Source of the DNA: a virus
DNA length: 64,000 bases
IMG/VR virus record: IMGVR_UViG_3300020174_000004
Coordinates: 35,674-99,673 of that record
Strand: one strand, 5' to 3'
The position numbers and the translations under genes are program-made. Positions 11,629-22,800 of this stretch are shown piece by piece (position 1 is the stretch's first letter; each line of letters starts with the position of its first letter). The notes beneath the pieces are model-generated. The model did no database searches. It saw nothing but the letters and a program-made list of their open reading frames with translations, and had not been told where the DNA came from.

Positions 11629-11952
11629 ATGGCATCAAAAGCAAATTTAATTATAGATCAAGGCTCTACATTCTCAGCAACCATTAATCTAGATGATTCA
11701 AATGGTGATGATTTGGTTGTTACAGGTTACACATCAAGATCTCAGATGCGAAAGCATTATACATCCTCAAATTCAGTTACCATTACTACAGCTCTTGAAG
11801 ACGGTCTTTTAACATTGTCATTAACCGATTCTCAAACTGCTAATATAGTAGCAGGAAGATATGTTTATGATGTAGAATTAATTGATTCTTCCAATAATGT
11901 TACTCGAATTATTGAAGGTATTATAACTGTTACACCAGAGGTAACAAGATAA
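11629..11952 (+). CDS. Small baseplate/fibre-associated protein
   Basis: ANLIIDQGSTF, SQMRKHY, GRYVYDVEL, RIIEGIITVTPEVT. Confidence 0.65.
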   Translation: MASKANLIIDQGSTFSATINLDDSNGDDLVVTGYTSRSQMRKHYTSSNSVTITTALEDGLLTLSLTDSQTANIVAGRYVYDVELIDSSNNVTRIIEGIITVTPEVTR

Positions 11953-12224
11953 TGGCTGTTGTAGCTACATTAACTAGAACAAGACCAACGGTATCTGTTA
12001 AAGTAAATCAAGAAGGTGTAATTCGTTCTAATGCACCAGTTACAATAAAATCATCTATTGAAGCAAGAACTAATAGGCTTGATCTTCTTGAAGATGTAGT
12101 AGAACAAGTCGGTTCTATTTCTAATGGTCATACATTAGTTTATAATTCAGATACAGATAAATATGTAGTAAAAGCTTTAAATCTAGGGGATGTATCAGGC
12201 ACTCTTGACGGCGGTACTTTTTAA
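11952..12224 (+). CDS. Hypothetical fibre-associated protein ending LDGGTF
   Basis: Start overlaps previous stop; LDGGxF C-terminus shared with next gene. Confidence 0.6.
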   Translation: MAVVATLTRTRPTVSVKVNQEGVIRSNAPVTIKSSIEARTNRLDLLEDVVEQVGSISNGHTLVYNSDTDKYVVKALNLGDVSGTLDGGTF

Positions 12225-12254
12225 TATGGCCTTAAATAAACAGGATAAAAATAA

Positions 12255-13736
12255 ATGGCCAATTTAATTCAAATTAAACGTTCAATAAATACAGCAACTC
12301 CAGGTTCATTGGCCAATGGTGAATTGGCATATACCGCTAATGGTGATGTTCTTTATATTGGTTCAGCTGGCACTGTAGAACCAATTTCTGGCAAACGATA
12401 TCCTGGTACTCTTACAGCTAACCAGGCTCTAGTTGCTAACTCAACAAGTTATTTAGATGTAATTAAGACAGCAAATCTTTATATTGGTTCAGCATCTGTT
12501 AATCAGATTAATGCAACTGCAAATACAACACATCTTGGTGCAGCGGCTAATAATGAACTTCCTACTACATTTGCTGTTAAGACATATGTAGATTCATCTA
12601 TTGCATATACAGTAACAAATAATAGTTCAAATACTCAGGTTCTATTTAATGATTCTGGTGTTGTTGCTGGTGATGCTGGAATGACATATAATGCAGCATC
12701 TGATACTTTAACTGTTACTAATTTTTCTGGTGATGGTGCTTTAGTTACTAGTGTTGATGCTGCAACTGTAGGTGGTAATACCGCTTCTACTCTCAGAACT
12801 TATTCTGATACAACTGCTGCTACAGCGTATACCAATGCTACTTCTTACACAGACACGTCTTCCAGTACAGCATACTCAAATGCAATGTCAGATACACTTT
12901 CTAGAAGTGGTACATATACTGGTAATAATACTTTTGGTGGTACAGAAACAATTATTAATTCATTATTAACTGTAACTGCTAATGCTGTTATTGGTGATTC
13001 AGTAAATGATAAAATTGAATTCACATCAAGAGTTGGTTCAAATTTAAATCCTTCAGCAAATGTTACTTATAGCTTAGGTACAAATGATCTTCGCTGGAAT
13101 GAGATTCATGCTTCTAATGTTCATTCAGTAACAGGTTATTTTGATGGTGATCTATCAGTAAGCGGTGATCTAACTGTTTCTGGCAATGTTACATATGTAT
13201 CAGCTTCTGAATTGAGCATAGTTGACCCTCTAATTCATTTAGCTGCTAACAATGAAACTTCTGATACTCTCGATATTGGTTTTATAGGTCACTATTCTCC
13301 TGATGGTGGTTCTACAAAAGCTCATACTGGTTTTTATCGTGATGCTGGAGATGATTCATATTATCTATTTACTGGCTCAGAGCAAGCAAATCTTGATTCT
13401 GGCGCAACTACAGTAGATACTGGTGCTACTGGTTATACACAAGCACTACTACATGCTTATATTAATACTGGTGCATTAGTATCAAATTCAACAGTTACTA
13501 ATATTACTGCTAATTCTACAATATCAGTAGGAATTACAGCTAATACATTAGCATTATCAACTGCTCTTGCAGGAACATCTGGTGGTACTGGCCTAGCGTC
13601 ATATACCGCTGAAGATATTCTAGTTGCTAACTCTTCAAATGGATTTAGAAAACTAGGACTTGGTACTTTAGGATATGTTCTACAGTCAAATGGAACTGCT
13701 CTTGTTTATGACTCTCTTGATGGCGGATCATTTTAA
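12255..13736 (+). CDS. Tail fibre-like protein
   Basis: IQIKRS..PGSLANGELAY N-terminus; beta-rich; DPLIHLA..N, DIGFIG; ends LDGGSF. Confidence 0.7.
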   Translation: MANLIQIKRSINTATPGSLANGELAYTANGDVLYIGSAGTVEPISGKRYPGTLTANQALVANSTSYLDVIKTANLYIGSASVNQINATANTTHLGAAANNELPTTFAVKTYVDSSIAYTVTNNSSNTQVLFNDSGVVAGDAGMTYNAASDTLTVTNFSGDGALVTSVDAATVGGNTASTLRTYSDTTAATAYTNATSYTDTSSSTAYSNAMSDTLSRSGTYTGNNTFGGTETIINSLLTVTANAVIGDSVNDKIEFTSRVGSNLNPSANVTYSLGTNDLRWNEIHASNVHSVTGYFDGDLSVSGDLTVSGNVTYVSASELSIVDPLIHLAANNETSDTLDIGFIGHYSPDGGSTKAHTGFYRDAGDDSYYLFTGSEQANLDSGATTVDTGATGYTQALLHAYINTGALVSNSTVTNITANSTISVGITANTLALSTALAGTSGGTGLASYTAEDILVANSSNGFRKLGLGTLGYVLQSNGTALVYDSLDGGSF

Positions 13737-13748
13737 AAATAAAAAAAT

Positions 13749-13786
13749 ACTAAATACTCCTAGAGATAACATCAAAGGGAGTATTT
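13749..13786 (+). promoter_or_regulatory. Late-type promoter variant (ACTAAATA) overlapping an RBS-occluding hairpin upstream of the homing endonuclease
   Basis: aaatactcc (13752-13760) pairs with ggagtattt (13778-13786), which contains the GGAG RBS. Confidence 0.6.
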
Positions 13787-13789
13787 TTT

Positions 13790-14512
13790 ATGGAGAAATA
13801 TGGTTTCATTTACATATGGTTTGATCGAAAACACAAGAGATATTATCTAGGTAGACATTGGGGTTATGAGAACGACTGTTATATTTGTTCTTCTACAAAC
13901 ATGAGAAACAATTATAATAACAGACCTTCAGACTTTAAAAGAAGAGTGATTAAAAGAATATACACAAACATGGATGATTTAGTCATTGAAGAACAAAGAT
14001 GGCTTGATATGATTACTCCTGTAGAATGTAATTCGAAATATTATAATAAATCTTTAAGTTCTTCTACGCCTTCTACTAGAGGTTATAAACATTCTACAGA
14101 AACTCGCCAAAAAATTGCAGCTGCCAACAAAGGCAAATTTGTATCCGAAGAAACCAAACAAAAACTTCGCAAGGCTAACAAAAAACAATTTGAAGATCAG
14201 CAGCAAATTAATCTGAGAAAGAAAAAATCTAAGGATTTATGGTCTGATCCTGAATATATTGAAAAACAAAATAAAGCTAGATCAAAGGTAGGATTTTATA
14301 AAGGCAACACCAAACCGCATTCGGAAAAAACTAAACAGCATTTGAGAAATATAAAGTTAGGGGTTCAAGTTCATAATGAAGAATCTAAGAAAAGAATATC
14401 AGAATTTTTTTCAAATCTTATTTGGATTACCAATGGCAAAGACAATAAAAGAATAAATAGATTAGAATCAATACCAGATGGATACCGTCAAGGTAGAACT
14501 CGTAAGACATAA
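13790..14512 (+). mobile_element. Free-standing GIY-YIG (Seg-like) homing endonuclease with NUMOD3 repeats
   Basis: GFIY...YYLG catalytic motif; KHSTETRQKIAAANKGK and KPHSEKTKQHL; C-terminal WITNG...IPDGYRQGR. Confidence 0.85.
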
Positions 14513-14526
14513 CTTAGGATTTTATA

Positions 14527-15033
14527 ATGTCTGAAACTGAACAAAATGATTATACTAGGCTTTATGTATTGCGTCAAGAGCAAATATTATTTGATCAAAT
14601 AAGAAAAACCATAGACGCTGAAATTAAAGCGTCTATGGCAATCAAATCCTCCTCAGAAATTCAAGGCAAATATGATGAGTCTCAGAAACAGGTCGAGACT
14701 CAAAATGAAATGATGCAGCAAGCTGCAAATTCTATTGAAGAACTTACTAATAGAAATAAAAAATTAGAACTTGATAAACAGTCTGAGAGAGATAGATTTG
14801 TAGAACTCAATAAAAAATATAATGAGGCAAATGAAGAGAGAAATAATCTTCGTGCCAGAAATACATCATTACAAAAAGAAGTTGAAAGACTTAATGTTGA
14901 AGTGAATGATGTAGCAAAGAATATTACTGAGTTAGAGAAAAATCAAAAACCAAAACAAATAAATAATAAAAAGAAAGAAGAGAAGCCTGTAGATACAGTT
15001 GCTGAACTTCCTGTAGAAGAAAACACATTCTGA
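14527..15033 (+). CDS. Coiled-coil hypothetical protein
   Basis: E/K/Q/N-rich heptad pattern; AGGA RBS. Confidence 0.65.
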   Translation: MSETEQNDYTRLYVLRQEQILFDQIRKTIDAEIKASMAIKSSSEIQGKYDESQKQVETQNEMMQQAANSIEELTNRNKKLELDKQSERDRFVELNKKYNEANEERNNLRARNTSLQKEVERLNVEVNDVAKNITELEKNQKPKQINNKKKEEKPVDTVAELPVEENTF

Positions 15034-15065
15034 CCTCGGTATATACCGAATAAGGGGATAGCCAT

Positions 15066-16157
15066 ATGGCAAACACAACGATTCAGCTAAAGCGTTCTTC
15101 AGTTGCAGGTAAGCAGCCGAACACATCAACCATTAGTGTTGGTGAACTTGCTATTAACCTCACGGATAAGAAGTTATATTCTTCTGATGGTTCTAATATT
15201 TTTGAACCAGCTGCTAATGTTACAAATCTTAATGTAACTGCTAATGCTACCATTTCTGCTATTGTTGCTGATGGTTCACTTGGTATTTCTGGACAAGTTT
15301 TAACAACAAATAGTACTGGTATATATTGGGGGTCTACTGTAACATCAGTAGATTCTGGTGATGGTTTGTCAGGAGGGCCAATAACAGATTCAGGTACAAT
15401 TTCGGTATTAGCTAATAATGGTATATCTGCTAATTCAACTGGTGTTTTTGTTGTACAAGGAACAGGTGCAGTTGTAAATGCTACTGGTGTACATGTTAAT
15501 TCAGTTTATATTGGAACCTTAGCAGCTAATTCAGCAACATACTTAGGTGGTAATACTGCATCAGATTTAAGGTCATATTCTGATACAATAGCAGGAACGG
15601 CGTATTCAAATGCTGTATCCTACGCAGCAACAATAGCTGGAACTGCTTATAGTAATGCAATATCTTATGCTGCTTCTAATACATATGTAAATTCTACATT
15701 TGCACCTAAAGCCGATCCAACATTTACTGGTAATGCTACTTTTGATACTTCAACTTTATTTGTTGATGGTACTAATAATAGAGTTGGTATTGGGACGAGT
15801 TCGCCTGCATATACACTTGACGTAAATGGTAATATAAACGCCGACGGTACTGTTTATGCAACACACTTTGATAACGTATCTGACATTTCACTTAAAGAAA
15901 ATATCATAACAATATCTTCACCAAAAGATATAATTGATAATCTAAATCCCGTATCATTCAATTGGAAAGATACTGGTGAAAAGTCGTTTGGATTTATTGC
16001 TCAAGAAGTAGAAAAGATTTTACCTGAGATTGTTCACACAAAAACAGACAATACTAAAACAGTTTCATATATACAATTGATACCTTTTCTGATTCAGATC
16101 ATAAAGGAACAGCAACAACAAATTGATGATATAAATAATAAGTTAAACAATGCCTAG
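15066..16157 (+). CDS. Tail fibre protein with C-terminal S74 intramolecular chaperone
   Basis: IQLKRS..GELAINL N-terminus; RVGIGTSSP; SDISLKENI...GFIAQEVE...YIQLIPFL. Confidence 0.8.
   Translation: MANTTIQLKRSSVAGKQPNTSTISVGELAINLTDKKLYSSDGSNIFEPAANVTNLNVTANATISAIVADGSLGISGQVLTTNSTGIYWGSTVTSVDSGDGLSGGPITDSGTISVLANNGISANSTGVFVVQGTGAVVNATGVHVNSVYIGTLAANSATYLGGNTASDLRSYSDTIAGTAYSNAVSYAATIAGTAYSNAISYAASNTYVNSTFAPKADPTFTGNATFDTSTLFVDGTNNRVGIGTSSPAYTLDVNGNINADGTVYATHFDNVSDISLKENIITISSPKDIIDNLNPVSFNWKDTGEKSFGFIAQEVEKILPEIVHTKTDNTKTVSYIQLIPFLIQIIKEQQQQIDDINNKLNNA
16130..16137 (+). promoter_or_regulatory. T4-type late promoter TATAAATA
   Basis: Exact octamer about 40 nt upstream of 16178. Confidence 0.6.
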
Positions 16158-16177
16158 TAATCTAAAGGAGGTCGAAG

Positions 16178-16495
16178 ATGGCAAAGTACCCTGCAACTAA
16201 AACACTAAAGAAAGCAACCCCAACTGTAAGAACTGGCGACAATATCGTTAAGTCTTGGGAAATTGAAGTTATCTATACACACACTCGTGATGATGATACG
16301 ACATGGTCTCGTGCATATCCTCATACAGAAGATGTTGAATATCTCAGCAAAGAAACATCTGGTTTCACAAAAGCTGAGTTGATTGGTTTCATGCCTTCAA
16401 ATATGGATGTTATTTTTGATGCTCATTATGAAGCGCATAATACACTACCAACTGAAGAAAAGGTTTCTAACTTCAACTTGAATGACCTCGCTTAA
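16178..16495 (+). CDS. Hypothetical protein (possibly fibre assembly)
   Basis: Strong RBS AAGGAGG; located between fibre genes. Confidence 0.65.
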   Translation: MAKYPATKTLKKATPTVRTGDNIVKSWEIEVIYTHTRDDDTTWSRAYPHTEDVEYLSKETSGFTKAELIGFMPSNMDVIFDAHYEAHNTLPTEEKVSNFNLNDLA

Positions 16496-16516
16496 TTATA
16501 ACAATGGAGTAATATT

Positions 16517-17206
16517 ATGGAAAATGAAGTAGCTGATGAACAGCAGAAAATGAGAACTGTGCTTCTTGGAGCACCTTCACATGATGGTAAGATTTCAGTC
16601 TGGCACGCAGCAGCATTAGCTGAAACGTGTAAGATTGGTCTTGCTAATGGAATCAATGTCCTTCCACTTTATATGTCATTTGATTCTCTAGTACAGAGAG
16701 CAAGAAATGATCTTGTCAAAGCAGCAGTTGATTCTGAAGTTGATGATCTTGTTTTCATCGATTGTGATCAAGACTGGAACCCAGCAGATTTCTTCAAATT
16801 GTTAAGTCATGACGTTGATGTTGTGGCTGCACCAGTTGTAAAGAAGTCTGATTTTGAACAGTACAATGTTAAGTTAACTCGTGAGTTCAAGGTAGAAGAA
16901 AATGGGCTTGTTGAAGTTGATGGTGTTGGAACTGGATTTATGCGTATTCGTAAAGATGCATTGAAGAAGATTTATGATGCATCTGAAGAATATAAAGAAC
17001 CACATAAGCCAGAACCAATTCGAATGGTTTTCAATGTTGAAATTTTAGATGGTGAACTTTGTTCAGAAGATATTGTTTTCTGTCGCAAGTGGACTGAAAT
17101 GGGTGGTAAAGTTTATATCGATCCAATGATTAATTCAGGACATTCTGGTGAAAAGAGATGGGTGGGTAATTTTTATGAATGGATAAAGTTAGTAGCTAAA
17201 AGGTAA
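16517..17206 (+). CDS. GT-A fold (GT2-like) glycosyltransferase
   Basis: SLVQRARN, FIDCD (DxD), GTGFMRI, SEDIVFC, GH motifs. Confidence 0.75.
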   Translation: MENEVADEQQKMRTVLLGAPSHDGKISVWHAAALAETCKIGLANGINVLPLYMSFDSLVQRARNDLVKAAVDSEVDDLVFIDCDQDWNPADFFKLLSHDVDVVAAPVVKKSDFEQYNVKLTREFKVEENGLVEVDGVGTGFMRIRKDALKKIYDASEEYKEPHKPEPIRMVFNVEILDGELCSEDIVFCRKWTEMGGKVYIDPMINSGHSGEKRWVGNFYEWIKLVAKR

Positions 17207-17221
17207 TATTAAGGGGCACCA

Positions 17222-19558
17222 ATGGCAATTAAAATTCAAGGCACAGTAGTATTAGACTATGATGGCGCCAGTTACTCAAGTACAAATATTGCCGTTGGTG
17301 CTGATGCTCTTTCTTCATTAACAACAGGCATTAATAATGTTGGTGTTGGATTTCAGTCATTAGTATCCAACACAACAGGTAATTATAATGTTGGTGTTGG
17401 ATATCAATCATTATATCTCAACACAATAGGTTATAGTAATGTTGGTGTTGGATATGCTGCATTATTTTCCAACACAATAGGTACTAGTAATACTGCTCTT
17501 GGAACTACTGCATTATACTCCAACACAACAGGTACTAATAATGTTGGTGTTGGATATGCTGCATTATTTTCCAACACAATAGGTACTTCCAATACTGGTG
17601 TTGGGATGCAATCATTATACTCCAACACAACAGGTATTAATAATGTTGGTGTTGGAATCTATGCTCTATACAATAACACAACAGGTACTAATAATACTGG
17701 TGTTGGTTATCAAGCATTATACTCCAACACAATAGGTAATTATAATACTGGTCTTGGGCATCAGTCATTATACGCCAACACAACCGGTAATTATAATGTT
17801 GGTCTTGGGCTTCAGTCATTACGAAACAACACAACAGGTTCTAATAATGTTGGTGTTGGTGTGAATGCATTATACAACAACACAACAGGTTATAATAATA
17901 CTGTTGTTGGATATGCTGCATTATACTCCAACACAATAGGTAATAATAATACTGCTCTTGGCCATCGAGCATTATATCTCAACACAACAGGTACTAGTAA
18001 TGTTGGTCTTGGTGTGAATGCATTATACAACAACACAACAGGTTATAATAATACTGTTGTTGGTTATACTGCATTACAAAACAACACAACAGGTATTAAT
18101 AATACTGGTATTGGATATGGATCATTACAAACCAACACAATAGGTAATTATAATGTTGGTCTTGGATATCAATCATTATATTCCAACACAATAGGTACTA
18201 ATAATACTGCTCTCGGTCCATTTTCATTATACAACAACACAACAGGTGTTAATAATACTGCTGTTGGATATATTGCATTACGAAACAACACAACAGGTAC
18301 TAATAATACTGGTGTTGGTATGAATGCATTATACAGCAACACAACAGGTATTTATAATACTGGTGTTGGAACGTTCTCATTATATTTTAACACAATAGGT
18401 ACTAATAATACTGCTCTCGGTCCATTTTCATTATACTCCAACACAACAGGTACTAATAATACTGCCGTTGGATATGCTGCATTATATTACAATACAATAG
18501 GTACTAATAATACTGGTGTTGGTTATCAAGCATTATTATCCAACACAACAGGTACTAGTAATGTTGGTCTTGGGCGTCAGTCATTATACTCCAACACAAC
18601 CGGTGCTAATAATACTGGTATTGGCTATCAAGCATTATATCTCAACACAACAGGTGTTAGTAATGTTGGTGTTGGATATCAATCATTATATGCCAACACA
18701 ATAGGTACTAATAATACTGCTCTTGGCTATCGTGCATTATTTTTCAACACAACAGGCATTGGTAATGTTGGTGTTGGATATCAATCATTATACAACAACA
18801 CAACAGGTACTAATAATGTTGGTGTTGGTTATTTTGCATTATACTCCAACACAACAGGTAACCATAACACAGGTGTTGGTTATCAAGCACTTTATGACCA
18901 AACTACTGGAGTTTATAACACAGCACTTGGCTACAATACTGGTCGTGGGATTACGACTGGTTCTTATAACACGATCATTGGCGCACAAGTAACAGGTTTA
19001 TCCGCTACACTGAACAACACTGTTATCATTGCTGATGGTGCTGGTAATCAAAGAATATATGTTGATAGTAGCGGCAACGTCGGAATTGGGACGGCGGCTC
19101 CTACGGAAAAACTTGATGTTGTTGGTAATGTAACGATCAGCGGATCAATCACCAAAGGCAGCGGATCGTTCAAGATTGACCATCCTCTAAAACCCGACAC
19201 GCACCACCTCGTCCATTCATTTGTCGAGGCTCCAACGGCTGACAACATCTATCGCGGTCGCGTTGATCTGGTTGATGGTGTAGCAACGGTTGACATCGAT
19301 GAGGCTGCACGGCTGTCTGGCGGAACATTTGTCGCGCTCAACACAAACACTGATTGCTGGGTCAACAACAAAACTGGCTGGGCTGCTGTTCGTGCGTCAG
19401 TCAGCGGATCGATATTGAGCATTGAGGCTCAGGACAACTCATGCACTGACACTGTGTCGTGGCTGGTGATTGGCGAGCGTCACGATCAAACAATAATCGA
19501 TGCTACTTGGACAGACGAAGCTGGTCGCGTAATCACTGAACCTCAGAAGGATCATTAA
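17222..19558 (+). CDS. Tail fibre/adhesin with a 17-aa beta-solenoid repeat and a GC-rich C-terminal module
   Basis: 33 repeats of N(V/T)xxGxxxLxxNT(T/I)Gxx; GNVGIGT..P; C-terminal KGSGSFKIDHP...HSFVEAP..NIYRG. Confidence 0.8.
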   Translation: MAIKIQGTVVLDYDGASYSSTNIAVGADALSSLTTGINNVGVGFQSLVSNTTGNYNVGVGYQSLYLNTIGYSNVGVGYAALFSNTIGTSNTALGTTALYSNTTGTNNVGVGYAALFSNTIGTSNTGVGMQSLYSNTTGINNVGVGIYALYNNTTGTNNTGVGYQALYSNTIGNYNTGLGHQSLYANTTGNYNVGLGLQSLRNNTTGSNNVGVGVNALYNNTTGYNNTVVGYAALYSNTIGNNNTALGHRALYLNTTGTSNVGLGVNALYNNTTGYNNTVVGYTALQNNTTGINNTGIGYGSLQTNTIGNYNVGLGYQSLYSNTIGTNNTALGPFSLYNNTTGVNNTAVGYIALRNNTTGTNNTGVGMNALYSNTTGIYNTGVGTFSLYFNTIGTNNTALGPFSLYSNTTGTNNTAVGYAALYYNTIGTNNTGVGYQALLSNTTGTSNVGLGRQSLYSNTTGANNTGIGYQALYLNTTGVSNVGVGYQSLYANTIGTNNTALGYRALFFNTTGIGNVGVGYQSLYNNTTGTNNVGVGYFALYSNTTGNHNTGVGYQALYDQTTGVYNTALGYNTGRGITTGSYNTIIGAQVTGLSATLNNTVIIADGAGNQRIYVDSSGNVGIGTAAPTEKLDVVGNVTISGSITKGSGSFKIDHPLKPDTHHLVHSFVEAPTADNIYRGRVDLVDGVATVDIDEAARLSGGTFVALNTNTDCWVNNKTGWAAVRASVSGSILSIEAQDNSCTDTVSWLVIGERHDQTIIDATWTDEAGRVITEPQKDH
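17285..18967 (+). repeat. Coding tandem repeat, 33 x 51 bp
   Basis: Counted from the translation (residues 22-582). Confidence 0.9.
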
Positions 19559-19559
19559 A

Positions 19560-19616
19560 ATGATTACAAACATTTGGGTCATCAAGCAGATGGACTGCTA
19601 CCCCATATATAAATAA
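19560..19616 (+). pseudogene. Truncated remnant of a fibre-associated small protein (MITNIWVIKQMDCYPIYK*)
   Basis: ATG one base after the fibre stop; W-V-I-x-Q-M-D-C-Y-P resembles the N-terminus of a common ~110-aa protein that follows tail fibres; ends after 18 codons at a late promoter. Confidence 0.55.
19608..19615 (+). promoter_or_regulatory. T4-type late promoter TATAAATA
   Basis: Exact octamer upstream of 19635/19647. Confidence 0.65.
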
Positions 19617-19634
19617 ACATGTCTACCCTTAACA

Positions 19635-19844
19635 ATGGAGTTTAAAATGGAAAAGATACTAAAGTTTGAGTTTACGGTTGAACAGACAAATATCGTACTA
19701 GCTGCTCTTGGTCGTATGCCATATGAAGCAGTAGCACCAATGATTGATGAAGTTCAGAAGCAGGCACAGGCTCAGGTTGGTAATCAGCCACGTGATATGC
19801 CAGTTCCTCCCTCTGAAGCAGAAAAGGCAGAACTGGTTAATTAA
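19635..19844 (+). CDS. Small conserved hypothetical protein (true start probably 19647)
   Basis: TNIVLAALGRMPYEAVAPMIDEVQKQA; GGAG RBS before the second Met. Confidence 0.7.
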   Translation: MEFKMEKILKFEFTVEQTNIVLAALGRMPYEAVAPMIDEVQKQAQAQVGNQPRDMPVPPSEAEKAELVN

Positions 19845-19875
19845 AACCAATTAAACATCAGGGGAAAGGGAACCG

Positions 19876-22800
19876 ATGGCAGATAAAGATTTTGTAGTCA
19901 AAAATGGCCTAGTAGTTAATACCGATTTAATTGTAGCAAATACAGATTCAAATCGTGTTGGTATTAATACCTCTTCCCCTGATTCTACTTTAACGGTTTC
20001 TGGTACAGCAAATGTATCTGGAAATGTTGTATTTAGTGATAAAGTTTCAGTCGGAAATACAATTTCTGTTGGTAGCAATGCAACAATAAGCGGCCATATA
20101 AATGTTGCTTCTACGGCCAATGTTGGCGGTGCTACTACTCTACGTGGATCATTAACAGTTAATGGTGCTACTATTGTAGCTAATACTTTATCTGCTGGTA
20201 ATACTTCTTTAGCCAATACTAATATCACTGGTTATATTAATACTACTTCTACAGCAAATATAGGTGGAGCTACTACTTTACGTGGATCATTAACAGTTAA
20301 TGGTGCTACTATTGTAGCTAATACTATTTCTACAGGCAATAACACAATAACTGGATTTATTAATGTATCTTCTACAGCTAATGTAGGTGGTGCTACTACT
20401 TTAAGAAGTACATTAGATGTAACTGGTGCTACTACTTTAAATAATACTTTATCTGCTGGTAATACTTCTTTAGCTAATACTAATATCACCGGCTATATTA
20501 ATACAACCTCAACTGCCAACGTTGGAGGAGCTACTACTTTAAGAAGTACATTAGATGTAACTGGTGCTACTACTTTAAATAATACTTTATCTGCTGGTAA
20601 TACTTCTTTAGCTAATACTAATATTACAGGATTTATCAATGCATCATCAACTGCCAACATTGGTGGGGCTACTACTTTAAGAAGTACATTAGATGTAACT
20701 GGTGCTACTACTTTAAATAATACACTGGCCGTAGGAAATACTAGTGTAACCGGGTTTATAACAGCAACAACAAATTCTACTTTTTCCGGCGATACAACAA
20801 CAGTAAAAGGAATCAGATTTTCTACTGATTCATCTTATACAGTAGGCAATACATCTCATAGACCATTAAAAATTTGGTCTGATGACATTGAAACTGAAAA
20901 TATAACAATAACAGGATTTATTACAGGAACAATTGCGCCTGCTAGTAGTATTATTCCAACAACAAATTTGTCAGCAGATCTTGGTAGTTCAGAAAAATGG
21001 TTTGATGAATTATTTGTTGGTTCTATCACAACAAACACATTTACTGTTTCTGATGGTGGTGATGGTGTTTCAATAACATCAAACACTCAGTCATTTAAAT
21101 CTAATTCTTCAATTACTGCAATTAGTATTAGAGCAAATACTACCAGTTCAAATACAACTCTTTCCGGTAATTTAGTTACTATTACTTCTAATACAAATGT
21201 TTCTGTTGCTAATCTTACAGTAACAAATGGAACATTTATATCAACAAATGGTTCAGTAACTACTACAGTCAATAATTCTACTATTCAAATCGGTGGTGGT
21301 GCAACTGTAAATTCAACAATTTTTACTGGGGCATCAAATAATTCTACATATCTCAATGGCCAGTTAGCTTCTTATTACACAAATGCAACTAATTTATCTA
21401 CTGGAACTGTTGCATCTGCTAGAATTGCTGGTTCATATACAGGTATAACAGGTGTTGGCACTATATCAACTGGTACTTGGCAAGGAAGCCAAATATCTAC
21501 AACATATACACAAGCTAAAATCACGTCAATATCTGGTGGTAATGGTTTAACAGGAACAGTTACAACATCAGGATCCATTTCTGTATTAGCTAATACTGGT
21601 ATTGTAGCTAATGGCACTGGCACTTATGTAAATACTGCTTATATTGCAACCATAAATGCCAATAATGCAACATATTTTAATGGACAAGCTGCTTCTTATT
21701 ATACAGGATATTCAGATACAAAAGCAGAAGCCGCTTATTCTAATGCTGTATCCTATGCTGGAACAATAGCAGGTACTGCTTATTCTAATGCAATTAGCTA
21801 TGCTGGAACAATAGCAGGTACTGCTTATTCTAATGCTGTATCCTATGCTGGAACAATAGCAGGTACTGCTTATTCTAATGCTACTACATTTTCCGCAAAT
21901 GCATCAAATCTTGGAAATGGTACAGTACCTAGTGGAAGAATCAATGGTTCATACACAGGCATAACTGGTGTTGGTACTATATCAACTGGCACTTGGCAAG
22001 GAAGCCAAATTTCTACAACATATACACAAGCTAAAGTTACATCAGTTTCTGGTGGCAATGGTTTAACAGGAACAGTTACAACATCAGGATCCATTTCTGT
22101 ATTAGCTAATACTGGTATTGTAGCTAATGGCACTGGATTATATGTTAATTCGAGTTATATTGGAACTCTAAGTTCTAACAATGCAACATATTTTAATGGG
22201 CAAGCTGCTTCTTATTATACAGGATATTCAGATACAAAAGCAGCAACAGCTTACTCTAATGCTATTTCTTATGCTACTAATGCAAGCAACATATCTTCGG
22301 GCACTCTAAATGCTGCTAGACTACCGTACACAATCAATCAAAATTTAGGAACATCAAACGCTCCAACATTTGATGGCTTATATTTAACTGGTGGCTTAAG
22401 TTTAACTGGAGATATCACAACTTATCGTTCTGATGCTGTCACAACAGGTGTTATATTTTTAGGAAATTCGGGATCAAACTATCTTTATTATAATGGTTCA
22501 TATTACGACATGCCAGGAGCCGAATTATACGTAAATGGATATCAAGTAGTTAAAAATACAGGAACATGGGGTATTAGTGTCACTGGCAATGCAGCAACAG
22601 CCACTAAATGGGCAACTGCTCGTACACTCAGCCTAACAGGTGCAGTTACAGGTAGCGCAAGTGTTGATGGTTCTGGTAATATATCACTAGCAACAATTGC
22701 AACATCAGATCCGACATTAACATTGTCCGGTGATGCTAGTGGTTCAGCAACATTTACTAACTTAGGTAATGCTACACTATCAGTAACAGTAGCCGATGAT

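Noticed and set aside
17285-18967. 51-bp periodic array as a CRISPR array
   Set aside because: It is in-frame coding repeat with codon-level variation, has no unique spacers, and no cas genes are present.
19851-22133. Minus-strand ORFs within the long fibre gene
   Set aside because: Antisense shadows of T/N/S/G-rich repeats, with no RBS or promoter.
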